From an uncultured Aliarcobacter sp. (GTDB lineage Bacteria > Campylobacterota > Campylobacteria > Campylobacterales > Arcobacteraceae), in contig CAXXLV010000001.1 in NCBI GenBank assembly GCA_963664305.2, forward strand, positions 43,084 through 107,083: a DNA stretch of 64,000 bases, in the 5' to 3' direction. The notes under the pieces were generated by a model that saw only the letters and a list, made by a program, of their open reading frames with translations, was not told the origin of the DNA and made no database searches. Shown here in pieces: positions 10,647 to 19,566 of this stretch. A program made the position numbers and the translations under genes. Position 1 is the stretch's first letter, and every line of letters begins with the position of its first letter.

Positions 10647-12545
10647 ATGTCAAATTTTTATAAATATCTATTTATAATTTTATTTTTACCTATTTTAATA
10701 TTTGCAGAAGATATTCAAACGCCAACTACTCCTATAAAACTTTTAACAAAAGAGACTCAACAACAAGCAACTTTAAAACCTATTGAGCAATCTAATAGCG
10801 AAGAAATCACACAAAATATTGAAGAACAAATTGATTCACAAAGTAAAATAGTTGATGAAATCATAAATAATATAAATAATGAATCATATTTAGCAACTTT
10901 ACCTGATAAAAATTATTATGATAATGAGATTAATTTTTTAACAAATAGAATAAATGCAAATAATCTTCAAGGAAATTCACTTGCAGTTAAAAGAGATGAA
11001 ATAAAAGTTGAATTTTTAAAAGAAAAATCTACTTATGAAACAACTCTAAAAAATATCATTATTGGAAAACAAGAGTTTAGAAATAAAAAATATTTTGAAG
11101 ATCTTTTAAATACAAATATTAAATTTATTCAAACTTTTAATTTAGATGAATATAAATCTTTATATGAAAGTGAATTAAAAAATGTAAATACAAATAAAGT
11201 TTCTTCTGATTTAGTTGATAATTATATAGAACTTTACAATCAAAAACATACTCAACTTTTTGTTTTGCAATACTTATATTCAAATATACAAAAATTTAGA
11301 GCATCAAACTTTTTTATTGATGAGTTTAATCTAAAATATTTAATGAATAAAATTGATAATATAAAAGGTATATCTTTTATCTCTTCATTAACTTCTTATC
11401 ATTTAAATTTTTCAATTGGTGAATTAACTATTGCTTCATTGATAATTCTATTTTTTAGATTAATAAATAGATATTTAATAGTTTTAATCACAAATTTTTT
11501 ATCAAGATTTTTTATTAAAAACAAAAATCAGAATTTAGAAGAAAATATTTTATATCATCTAAAAGATGCCATAAATTCACCTTTAATTTATAGTTTATAT
11601 CTTTTCTCATTACAACTTTCAATGTTTATTTTAGTAAAAGACCAAACTTTCATAAACAACGTAATGCCTTGGATAAATACAATTTATATGGCTTTATTAA
11701 CTTGGGCAATTTATGCGATTTTAGACAATAGTATCTCTATATATGCACAAAATTTACTTGAAAAATATCAAAATGTAAGAAAAGAGATGATTGTTTTTAT
11801 TTTAAAAATAATCAAAGTAGTGTTAATTTTGATAGTTGTTTTATTTTTATTTACTCAACTAGGAATTGATGTAAAAGCCATTGCAGCTTCTCTTGGAGTT
11901 GGGGGTATTGCTATCGCACTTGCTGCAAAAGATACACTAGCAAACTTTTTTGCTTCATTAAATATTATGACTGATAACTCTTTTTCTCAAGGTGATTGGA
12001 TTAGAACAGATGATTTTGAAGGAACTGTTGTTGATATTAGAATGAGAACAACAAGAATTAGAACATTTGATAATGCGATGATTACTGTTCCAAATTCACA
12101 AATCGCAAATGCTCATATTATGAACTGGTCAAAAAGAAAAATTGGACGAAGAATAAAAATGAGTATTGGTATAACATATGAAAGTAAAATGGAAGATATT
12201 GTTAGATTAAAACATGATATTCAAGATATGTTATTAAATCATCCAAAAATTGCATCTAATAAAACGATTAACATCTCAAAAACAAAAGCTTTTGAAGCTA
12301 TAAAAAAAGAGGATTTAGAAGGTATAAAAAATACTTTATTAGTTTTTATTGATGAATATTCTAGTTCATCAATTGATATTTTAATTTATTGTTTTTCAAA
12401 AAGTCCAGTATGGGAAGAATGGTTAGAAACAAAAGAAGAAGTTATAGTTGAAATTGCAAAACTTGTAGAAAAGAATAACTGCGAATTTGCCTACCCTACT
12501 CAAACTCTTCATATAAAAAACGAAGAAAAAATAGAAGAAATTTAA
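10647..12545 (+). CDS. mscS: MscS-family mechanosensitive channel with a large N-terminal periplasmic domain
   Basis: LGVGGIAIALAAKDTLANFFA, GDWI, GTVVDIRMRTTRIRTFD, VPNS, FAYPTQTL motifs. Confidence 0.92.
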   Translation: MSNFYKYLFIILFLPILIFAEDIQTPTTPIKLLTKETQQQATLKPIEQSNSEEITQNIEEQIDSQSKIVDEIINNINNESYLATLPDKNYYDNEINFLTNRINANNLQGNSLAVKRDEIKVEFLKEKSTYETTLKNIIIGKQEFRNKKYFEDLLNTNIKFIQTFNLDEYKSLYESELKNVNTNKVSSDLVDNYIELYNQKHTQLFVLQYLYSNIQKFRASNFFIDEFNLKYLMNKIDNIKGISFISSLTSYHLNFSIGELTIASLIILFFRLINRYLIVLITNFLSRFFIKNKNQNLEENILYHLKDAINSPLIYSLYLFSLQLSMFILVKDQTFINNVMPWINTIYMALLTWAIYAILDNSISIYAQNLLEKYQNVRKEMIVFILKIIKVVLILIVVLFLFTQLGIDVKAIAASLGVGGIAIALAAKDTLANFFASLNIMTDNSFSQGDWIRTDDFEGTVVDIRMRTTRIRTFDNAMITVPNSQIANAHIMNWSKRKIGRRIKMSIGITYESKMEDIVRLKHDIQDMLLNHPKIASNKTINISKTKAFEAIKKEDLEGIKNTLLVFIDEYSSSSIDILIYCFSKSPVWEEWLETKEEVIVEIAKLVEKNNCEFAYPTQTLHIKNEEKIEEI

Positions 12546-12549
12546 ACTT

Positions 12550-12936
12550 CTATTTTTCTACTAATAAATCAGCTTTTGAACGAATCTTTTTTTTATATAA
12601 AAACTCTTTTTCTCTATCTGTAAACTTTTCTTCTTTGATTGGTTCTCTTACTTTTTCTTTTTTTACTTTTTTCTCTTCAATTTTTTCTTCATTTTTAAAC
12701 ATTGTTAAAAGTAGATATATTGAAAAAACTAAATTAAAAATAATAATCACCCATTTTGAAATAAGTGCAATTTCTAAATATTGAAGTTTATCTTTTAGTT
12801 TTAAATACTCAACAACATCACCATAAATTATATTTGCAAACAAAGCAATGATTAAAAGAAGTGCAACAAATGTGACTCTTTTTCTAAATTTGAATAAGTA
12901 ATACCAAAAAACTGCGGATTTTACTTGCTTGAACAT
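12550..12936 (-). CDS. Hypothetical membrane protein (2 TM, charged C-tail)
   Basis: 128-aa ORF, hydrophobic segments, 9 bp downstream of the next gene. Confidence 0.75.
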   Translation of the reverse strand: MFKQVKSAVFWYYLFKFRKRVTFVALLLIIALFANIIYGDVVEYLKLKDKLQYLEIALISKWVIIIFNLVFSIYLLLTMFKNEEKIEEKKVKKEKVREPIKEEKFTDREKEFLYKKKIRSKADLLVEK

Positions 12937-12945
12937 CTTTAATTC

Positions 12946-13260
12946 CTAGACAAAAAAGTTTAAACCAAGAGCAGCAAGTGCAACCACTAAAGATTTTGTT
13001 TTTAAATCATCAACTATTTTTCTCTCTTCATCAGCAATTATTATTTCTAACTCTTCATCACTATAATCATCAAAAGTTTTATGATTTTCAACAAGTCTAG
13101 CTTTTGTTGCAAGAACAGCTTTTTCTCTAATTTTTGAATTTATTGCATCTTTTAATTGTTGGCTTTTTATTTTTGGATAATCAAATGCTTTTGTGGCATT
13201 TTCACTCGCTATATTTAATAACTTATTAGAATTTTCTTTTAATTTATCTTTTATTCCCAT
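12946..13260 (-). CDS. Hypothetical helical protein with a C-terminal hydrophobic tail
   Basis: 104-aa ORF ending SLVVALAALGLNFFV. Confidence 0.8.
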   Translation of the reverse strand: MGIKDKLKENSNKLLNIASENATKAFDYPKIKSQQLKDAINSKIREKAVLATKARLVENHKTFDDYSDEELEIIIADEERKIVDDLKTKSLVVALAALGLNFFV

Positions 13261-13346
13261 GTTTTTTCCAATTAAATTTATTTTATTCTAGCATTTAACA
13301 ATTAACAAAATTTTAAAAAAGTGATTTTTTATAAAGATAAAGATAT

Positions 13347-13376
13347 TAAATAATGGCTTTAAATAGCCATTATTTA
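13347..13376. terminator. Hairpin downstream of the 37-aa small ORF
   Basis: 12-bp stem TAAATAATGGCT/AGCCATTATTTA. Confidence 0.7.
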
Positions 13377-13406
13377 TAAAAAGTTTTCTAAATTTTAGAA
13401 AACAAC

Positions 13407-13520
13407 TTAAAGAATATACTCCCAACGTGGATAAGCTGCTGCTATTGCTTTCATTTCATCAAATTTAAATACTTTGATGATTTTGAATCTTCCACTTGTT
13501 AAAAATGCTTTTATTCTCAT
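13407..13520 (-). CDS. Small ORF absent from the ORF track, 37 aa: MRIKAFLTSGRFKIIKVFKFDEMKAIAAAYPRWEYIL
   Basis: Hand translation; AGGA RBS (TAGGATTCAAAA-ATG); downstream hairpin; fills an otherwise empty intergenic gap. Confidence 0.75.
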   Translation of the reverse strand: MRIKAFLTSGRFKIIKVFKFDEMKAIAAAYPRWEYIL

Positions 13521-13650
13521 TTTTGAATCCTAGTATTTTCGTATGAAAATAATATTAAATTTTAAATAATAATATACTTAAATAATATATATTTTTATAT
13601 ATTTTTTTTAAATTTATGATATACTTTTGCATATTATTTTTGGAAGTAAG

Positions 13651-13872
13651 ATGGATAAGGATAATTTCAAATTATTATTAAAAAAGGCAAACTTCAATAA
13701 ACGCACATTTTCTGAGCATTTGGGGTTAAAATATCAAAGTGTAAACTCGTGGGGAAACAATGGAAGGAACATTCCTTATTGGGTTGAGTCTTGGCTACAT
13801 TTGTATATTGATAACAACAAATGTAAACAAATAAAAGATATGTTAAAAGATAGTGGGATTTGTAATCAGTAA
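13651..13872 (+). CDS. Cro/XRE-like helix-turn-helix protein (73 aa)
   Basis: FKLLLKKANFNKRTFSEHLGLKYQSVNSWG...IPYWVESWL pattern. ATG 13651 preferred over the track start 13627 (extended -10 TGaTATACT at 13617-13625). Confidence 0.8.
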   Translation: MDKDNFKLLLKKANFNKRTFSEHLGLKYQSVNSWGNNGRNIPYWVESWLHLYIDNNKCKQIKDMLKDSGICNQ

Positions 13873-13881
13873 ATTATTTAA

Positions 13882-13910
13882 TCTCTTAAAAAATAAGTTT
13901 TTTAAAGAGA
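13882..13910 (+). terminator. Hairpin downstream of the HTH gene
   Basis: TCTCTTAAAAAA-TAAG-TTTTTTAAAGAGA, one bulge. Confidence 0.55.
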
Positions 13911-13979
13911 AAGCCGTAACAAAGTCTTATTTAAGTATACTATACATTAAATACGCAAATTTTAAATAAGGGAAGATTA

Positions 13980-14279
13980 TTGGAAGCACAATATGAAAAA
14001 ATCATTGTACTAATTATTGTAATTACAGCTTCAGCAATGACATGGAAAATGGTAAAAGATTTTTATAGCACAAAATTTCATAAAATTTTTGCCCATTTAA
14101 TAGCAGTAATCACTGGTTCGTTTATGCTGTTATCTTCAATGATTTTATTTGTACCTAAAAACTATCAAAGAGGCGCAGGCCCCGAAGTAGAACTAACTTT
14201 TGTAGGTGTTTTAACTGTAATTGTAATGTTAGCAGTTTTATATCTATTCTTCAAATATATACCAAATAACAAAAAATAA
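13980..14279 (+). CDS. Hypothetical 3-TM membrane protein
   Basis: 99 aa, TTG start with an AAGGGA RBS, three hydrophobic segments. Confidence 0.75.
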   Translation: MEAQYEKIIVLIIVITASAMTWKMVKDFYSTKFHKIFAHLIAVITGSFMLLSSMILFVPKNYQRGAGPEVELTFVGVLTVIVMLAVLYLFFKYIPNNKK

Positions 14280-14300
14280 ATTTTAATTGTAGGAATTACT

Positions 14301-15535
14301 ATGCAAGCATTTTTAGAAGAGGCTAAAAAATCTAGCCGAACTATTGCAAATCTAAGTACTGCTGTAAAAAATAAAGTTTTAAACGAAATGGCAGATGCTT
14401 TAATGAATCATTGTGATTTTATAATATCACATAATGAAAAAGATATGAGTGAAGCAAGATTAAATAATTTAGGAGAAGCTTTACTTGATAGATTACTTTT
14501 AACAGGTGATAGAGTAAAAGATATGGCTGATGCAATTAGACAAATTGCATCTCAAACAGAACCTGTTGGAAGAATTTTAGATGGTTGGGTTACAAAAGAT
14601 GGATTAAATATTCAAAAAGTATCTATTCCAATTGGAGTAATTGGAATCATTTATGAAAGTAGACCAAATGTAACAAGTGATACAGCAGCTCTTTGTTTTA
14701 AAAGTGGAAATGTATGTGTTTTAAAAGGTGGGAAAGAAGCCGAACACTCAAATAAAGCAATTGCTATGGTTTTAAGAGAAGTATTAACAAAAAACAAACT
14801 TCCAGAACAAGCTATTTCACTACTTCCTGATTCAAGTAGAGAAGGTGTTGCAAAACTTATAAAACAAGATAAATTTGTTGATTTAATTGTACCACGAGGT
14901 GGAGAAGCATTAATAAGATTTGTAAGTGAAAACTCATCTATACCAGTTATTAAACATGATAAAGGAATTTGTCATATTTATATCGATAAAGATGCAGCTG
15001 CTGCAAAAATCATTGATATAGTAACTAATGCAAAATGCCAAAGACCAAGTGCTTGTAACTCTATAGAAACTCTGTTAATTCACGAAGATATAGCTCCATA
15101 CATAATAAATGGATTAGAAGATGCATTTTCAGAAAGAGGAACTATTTTAAAAGGTTGTGCAGAAACTTTAAAATACATCAAAGTAATTCCAGCAACTTTA
15201 GAAGATTTTGATACAGAATATTTAGCAAATATTTTAAATATTAAAATTGTAAAAAATATGGATGAAGCAATTACACATATTCAAAGACATGGTTCAGGAC
15301 ACTCTGAATCAATTTTAAGTGAAAACTATACAACAGTAAATAGATTTTAAATGAAGTTGATGCTGCTTGTGTTTATGCAAATGCAAGTACAAGATTTACT
15401 GATGGTGGAGCATTTGGACTTGGAGCTGAAGTTGGTATTTCAACAAACAAACTTCATTCAAGAGGACCAATGGGAATAAATGATTTAACAACATTTAAAT
15501 ATAAAGTTTACGGTTCAGGTCAAATTAGAAATTAG
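14301..15535 (+). pseudogene. proA: Gamma-glutamyl phosphate reductase, frameshifted (or a homopolymer sequencing error)
   Basis: IYESRPNVT, PRGG and ACNSIE motifs. The ORF stops at 15350 (AGA TTT TAA), but [32 protein letters not shown]...RGPMG continues in another frame to TAG at 15535. One extra T in the T4 run at 15345-15348 restores a 411-aa protein. Confidence 0.9.
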
Positions 15536-15542
15536 GAAAAAA

Positions 15543-17426
15543 ATGAAAAAAATATTTTTAACACTATGTAGTGTTTTTGTTGCTCTATTCTTTTGGTACT
15601 TTTTAGGAGCAAAAGCTATATTAAAAGATGATTCAAACTCTTTTTCAAAACTTCAATGTGTTTCGTATGCACCATTTGCAAAAGATGAATCACCTTTCTT
15701 ATTTGATAAAGGTTTAGTAATTTCAGAAGAACAAGTAAGAAATGATTTGAAACTTCTTTCTAAATACACAACTTGTATTAGAACTTATTCAACAGTTGGT
15801 TTAGAACTTGTTCCAAAAATTGCACGTGAATTTAATCTTCAAATGCTAATGGGTGCATGGGTTAGTTCAGATGAAAAACAAACAAAAGATGAAATATCAA
15901 CTCTAATTAAATTAGTAAATGAAAATCCTGAAATTGTAAAAGCTGTGATTGTTGGAAATGAAGTTTTATTAAGAGGAGATATCTCTGATAAAAAACTTTA
16001 TGAATATATTCAAGAGGTAAAAACTGCTCTTCCAAATGTAAAAGTAACTTATGCAGATGTTTGGGAATTTTGGTTAAAACACCCAAGTATCAAAGAAGTA
16101 ACTGATTTTGTAACTATTCATATTTTACCTTATTGGGAAGATGACCCAATGAATATAGATGAATCAATCAAACATTTAGCTGATGTTAGACATGAAGTTG
16201 AACAAATTTTAGGAACTTCAAATATTTTAATTGGTGAGACAGGTTGGCCAAGTGAAGGAAGAATGAGAGAAGATGCCTTACCAAGTAAAATCAACCAAGC
16301 AAAGTTTGTAAGAGATTTTGTCTCTTTAGCTCAAGAGAAAAACTGGAATTATAATATCATTGAAGCATTTGATCAACCATGGAAAAGAGTTAGTGAAGGT
16401 GCTGTTGGTGGTTTCTGGGGATTATTTGATAAAGATAGAGAAGATAAAAATGTATTTAGTGGAGATGTTTCAAATTTCCCAAATTATAAATATTTAGCAT
16501 TAGGTTCATTAGTTTTAATCCTTATTTTTTCTTTATTACTTAAAGATAAAAATATTTCAACTAAAAAAATCTTCCTATTTACTTTTGTAAATACTTCTTT
16601 TGCAATACTTTATATGTTGCAAGTTGAACAATATAATATTATTGCTAGAAACTATTTAGAGTTTTTATGGGCATTCTTTGTATTATTAACACAAATTTTT
16701 GTTTATTATTTTATGCTTTCATACATAATAAAAGAAAAAAGAACAGATGTTATTCCAAGTCTATTTTTCTATTTAGCTTCATTTATTGCTTTCATTTTAA
16801 CTATGAATTTAGCTTTCAATGGAAGATATGAAAATTTTGAAATTTATGGATTTATCATTTTAGCTATTTCGTTTATTTGGTTATATAAAAATCAATATTC
16901 AAAATTAAATTTTGGTAAATTTGAAAAAGTATTAGCGGTAGTTTTAGTTATTGGTTCGATTATTACAATATACAATGAAACTTTTTTAAATATTTTCTCT
17001 AATATTTGGGTTATTTTAGCATTAGTATTTGCTTATATTTTAAATAAAGGTACAAGTAAAAATATCTCTTTATGTGATTTAAAAGAGTTAGGAATTTATA
17101 CATTAGTATTTGCAGCAATATTCCTTGCATTTAAATACGGATTTGTATCAAATAAAGCTCTAGCAATTGAGTGTAATCTAAACTCTGCATCTTTATCTTG
17201 TGAGATAAAAGATTTTATGGGAGCAGCTGTTTATTTTGGTTATATTGGATTTGTTACTATTTTAGTAGCTGTGATTGCATTTATAACAAATAAAAAGTCA
17301 TACTCTTTAATTGCCCTATTCTTTAGTGTTGGTTCACTAATTCTTACAAATACGTTCTTAGGTTCGATTTCATTTTTAATAGCTGTTTATCTTCTTACTA
17401 AAGATAAAACAAAAAGTTTAAATTAG
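15543..17426 (+). CDS. GH17 beta-1,3-glucanase/transglucosylase fused to a multi-TM C-terminal domain
   Basis: CVSYAPF, CIRTYS, VGNEVLLR (acid/base Glu), IGETGWPS (nucleophile Glu), EAFDQPWK; about 10 TM segments follow. Confidence 0.85.
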   Translation: MKKIFLTLCSVFVALFFWYFLGAKAILKDDSNSFSKLQCVSYAPFAKDESPFLFDKGLVISEEQVRNDLKLLSKYTTCIRTYSTVGLELVPKIAREFNLQMLMGAWVSSDEKQTKDEISTLIKLVNENPEIVKAVIVGNEVLLRGDISDKKLYEYIQEVKTALPNVKVTYADVWEFWLKHPSIKEVTDFVTIHILPYWEDDPMNIDESIKHLADVRHEVEQILGTSNILIGETGWPSEGRMREDALPSKINQAKFVRDFVSLAQEKNWNYNIIEAFDQPWKRVSEGAVGGFWGLFDKDREDKNVFSGDVSNFPNYKYLALGSLVLILIFSLLLKDKNISTKKIFLFTFVNTSFAILYMLQVEQYNIIARNYLEFLWAFFVLLTQIFVYYFMLSYIIKEKRTDVIPSLFFYLASFIAFILTMNLAFNGRYENFEIYGFIILAISFIWLYKNQYSKLNFGKFEKVLAVVLVIGSIITIYNETFLNIFSNIWVILALVFAYILNKGTSKNISLCDLKELGIYTLVFAAIFLAFKYGFVSNKALAIECNLNSASLSCEIKDFMGAAVYFGYIGFVTILVAVIAFITNKKSYSLIALFFSVGSLILTNTFLGSISFLIAVYLLTKDKTKSLN

Positions 17427-17436
17427 ATTTTTTTAG

Positions 17437-17461
17437 AAGATTGTGCGAAATGCACAATCTT
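17437..17461. terminator. Probable bidirectional terminator between convergent genes
   Basis: AAGATTGTGC-GAAAT-GCACAATCTT. Confidence 0.75.
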
Positions 17462-18123
17462 TATTTTTTATTTGATGGAGAGATGTTTGGTGCATCTTCT
17501 TCATTATCTTCACTACCAATTATCTCTTCAATTGGTTTTACAGGGAAAGATGGAAGTTTAAATTTATCATCTTTAATATCTACATTAAAAACAGCAAATT
17601 TTGCTTGTTGAATTTGAACCATACCTAAAGATTGACTAACTTGTTTTAATGGTACAGTTTTATAAACCCAAATTTTATCTTCACCTAATTGCCAAACATC
17701 ACATTTGTATCCTAATATCTCTTCAGTTCCTAGATTTTTAGCACCCATTTGAACAAAAGAATCATAAGTTTTAATATTTTGAATTGGATTTTCTTCATCT
17801 AAAACTAACTTTTGAGAATAGATAACCTCATCATTAAAATCAACAGTAAGTAGCTTTTCATTAACAATTTTAGAGATAGTTCTTTCTTCTTCTTTTTCTC
17901 CCATTATTGTTTGAATAATTCTTTCATCTGTTAATTCTAAATTACCAAAATCTTTAAAATACAATTTACTAGTTCCACTTATAGTATCACCTTTTGCTCC
18001 ACCTTCAGTATTACCAATAATTTCATATTCAACAATTCCTGATTTGATGTCATATCTGTTTCCTGCAAACAAATCAACTAAACCTACTAACAAAAATATA
18101 AGTATATATTTTAATTTTCCCAC
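17461..18123 (-). CDS. Secreted hypothetical protein (DUF4412-like)
   Basis: Signal peptide; KNLGTEEILGYKCDVW motif typical of DUF4412-like beta proteins. Confidence 0.6.
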   Translation of the reverse strand: MGKLKYILIFLLVGLVDLFAGNRYDIKSGIVEYEIIGNTEGGAKGDTISGTSKLYFKDFGNLELTDERIIQTIMGEKEEERTISKIVNEKLLTVDFNDEVIYSQKLVLDEENPIQNIKTYDSFVQMGAKNLGTEEILGYKCDVWQLGEDKIWVYKTVPLKQVSQSLGMVQIQQAKFAVFNVDIKDDKFKLPSFPVKPIEEIIGSEDNEEDAPNISPSNKK

Positions 18124-18248
18124 ACTTTTTTCCTCTTATAAATTGGCGAAATTATACTGCTAATAAAAAAAATATGCAATATATTTTTTAGATACCACCA
18201 AATAAACACCATATTTTTTTAAGATAAAAAAAACAAAAGGAGCTTTAT

Positions 18249-19565
18249 ATGTCTTATTCTAAAAAAAGATATTTAGTATACTCTATTAGCACAATTTTAA
18301 TAATGCTAATACCATTTATAACAATAAATGACAATCATTTATTATTGTTATCTTTTGACAAATTACAATTTCATTTTTTAGGAATTGTATTTAATGTTAG
18401 TGAACTTTATGTAATGCCATTTTTACTTATGTTCCTATTTATAGGTATTTTTGCTATGACTTCTATGTTAGGAAGAATTTGGTGTGGGTGGGCATGTCCG
18501 CAAACTATTTTTAGAGTTATCTATAGAGATTTAATAGAAAGTACTATCTTAGATTTAAGAAGAATTAAAAACAAACAAAAAGAGATAGACTACAATAAAA
18601 AATCAAATCAAATTAAAAAATATATATCTTTAATTTTATGGGGAATTATTACTTTGATAATCTCTTCAAACTTTATGTTATATTTTGTTCCACCTGAAGA
18701 TTTTTTTGCTTATATACAAGACCCTTTAAATCATAGTTTTATGATTTTATTTATTATAAGTGTTGCCCTATTTTTAATCTATGATATTGTTTTTATGAAA
18801 GAAAACTTCTGTGTTTATGTTTGTCCATATTCAAGAATTCAATCAGTTTTATATGATAACAATACAAAACAAGTAACTTACGATTTTAATCGTGGTGGAA
18901 AAGTTTATGAAAATGGTGAAAAATCTATTTTTAAAGTAAAACAATGGAGTAATAATGAACAATGCACAACTTGTGAAGCTTGTGTAAAAGTTTGTCCAAC
19001 TCATATTGATATTAGAAAAGGTTTACAAGTTGAATGTATAAACTGTCTTGAATGTAGTGATGCATGTGCAACTGTTATGCAAAAATTTGGAAAAGAATCT
19101 CTAATAAATTGGGGAAGTACAAATAAAGTAATAAATAAACAAAACATCTCTATTTGGACAAAAAGAAATATTACATATTTTGCTTCTTTATTTTTATGTA
19201 TATTTTTAGCATTTTATTTCTCACTGGAAAAAGAAGATTTTTTAGTAAATGTAAATAAAACAACAGAACTTTACAAAAAAAATGAAGATGGAACAGTTTC
19301 AAATAACTATATTTTAACTTTCCATAACACACAAGATAAAGCTTTGACTTTTGATGTAAAACTAAAAGATGATAAAAACTTTAAAATAAAAAGATTTGAA
19401 AAGTTCCCATTAGAAGCTGGAACTAAATCTAAAAAAATATTAATTATTGAAACGACTAAAGATTTTGATAAAAACATAAATAAAACATCAAATGTTTATA
19501 TAGAAATATTTTCACAAGATAGTGAATTTAAAATTGTAAAAAAACTAGCTTTTATTCATCCATAA
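18249..19565 (+). CDS. ccoG: Cytochrome c oxidase accessory protein CcoG/FixG
   Basis: GRIWCGWACPQT, FCVYVCPY, CTTCEACVKVCP and CINCLECSDAC Fe-S motifs. Confidence 0.93.
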   Translation: MSYSKKRYLVYSISTILIMLIPFITINDNHLLLLSFDKLQFHFLGIVFNVSELYVMPFLLMFLFIGIFAMTSMLGRIWCGWACPQTIFRVIYRDLIESTILDLRRIKNKQKEIDYNKKSNQIKKYISLILWGIITLIISSNFMLYFVPPEDFFAYIQDPLNHSFMILFIISVALFLIYDIVFMKENFCVYVCPYSRIQSVLYDNNTKQVTYDFNRGGKVYENGEKSIFKVKQWSNNEQCTTCEACVKVCPTHIDIRKGLQVECINCLECSDACATVMQKFGKESLINWGSTNKVINKQNISIWTKRNITYFASLFLCIFLAFYFSLEKEDFLVNVNKTTELYKKNEDGTVSNNYILTFHNTQDKALTFDVKLKDDKNFKIKRFEKFPLEAGTKSKKILIIETTKDFDKNINKTSNVYIEIFSQDSEFKIVKKLAFIHP

Positions 19566-19566
19566 T

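Noticed and set aside
15345-15348. Phase-variable tract in proA
   Set aside because: Campylobacterota contingency tracts are typically long poly-G/C runs; T4/T5 is too short, so error or point deletion is more likely
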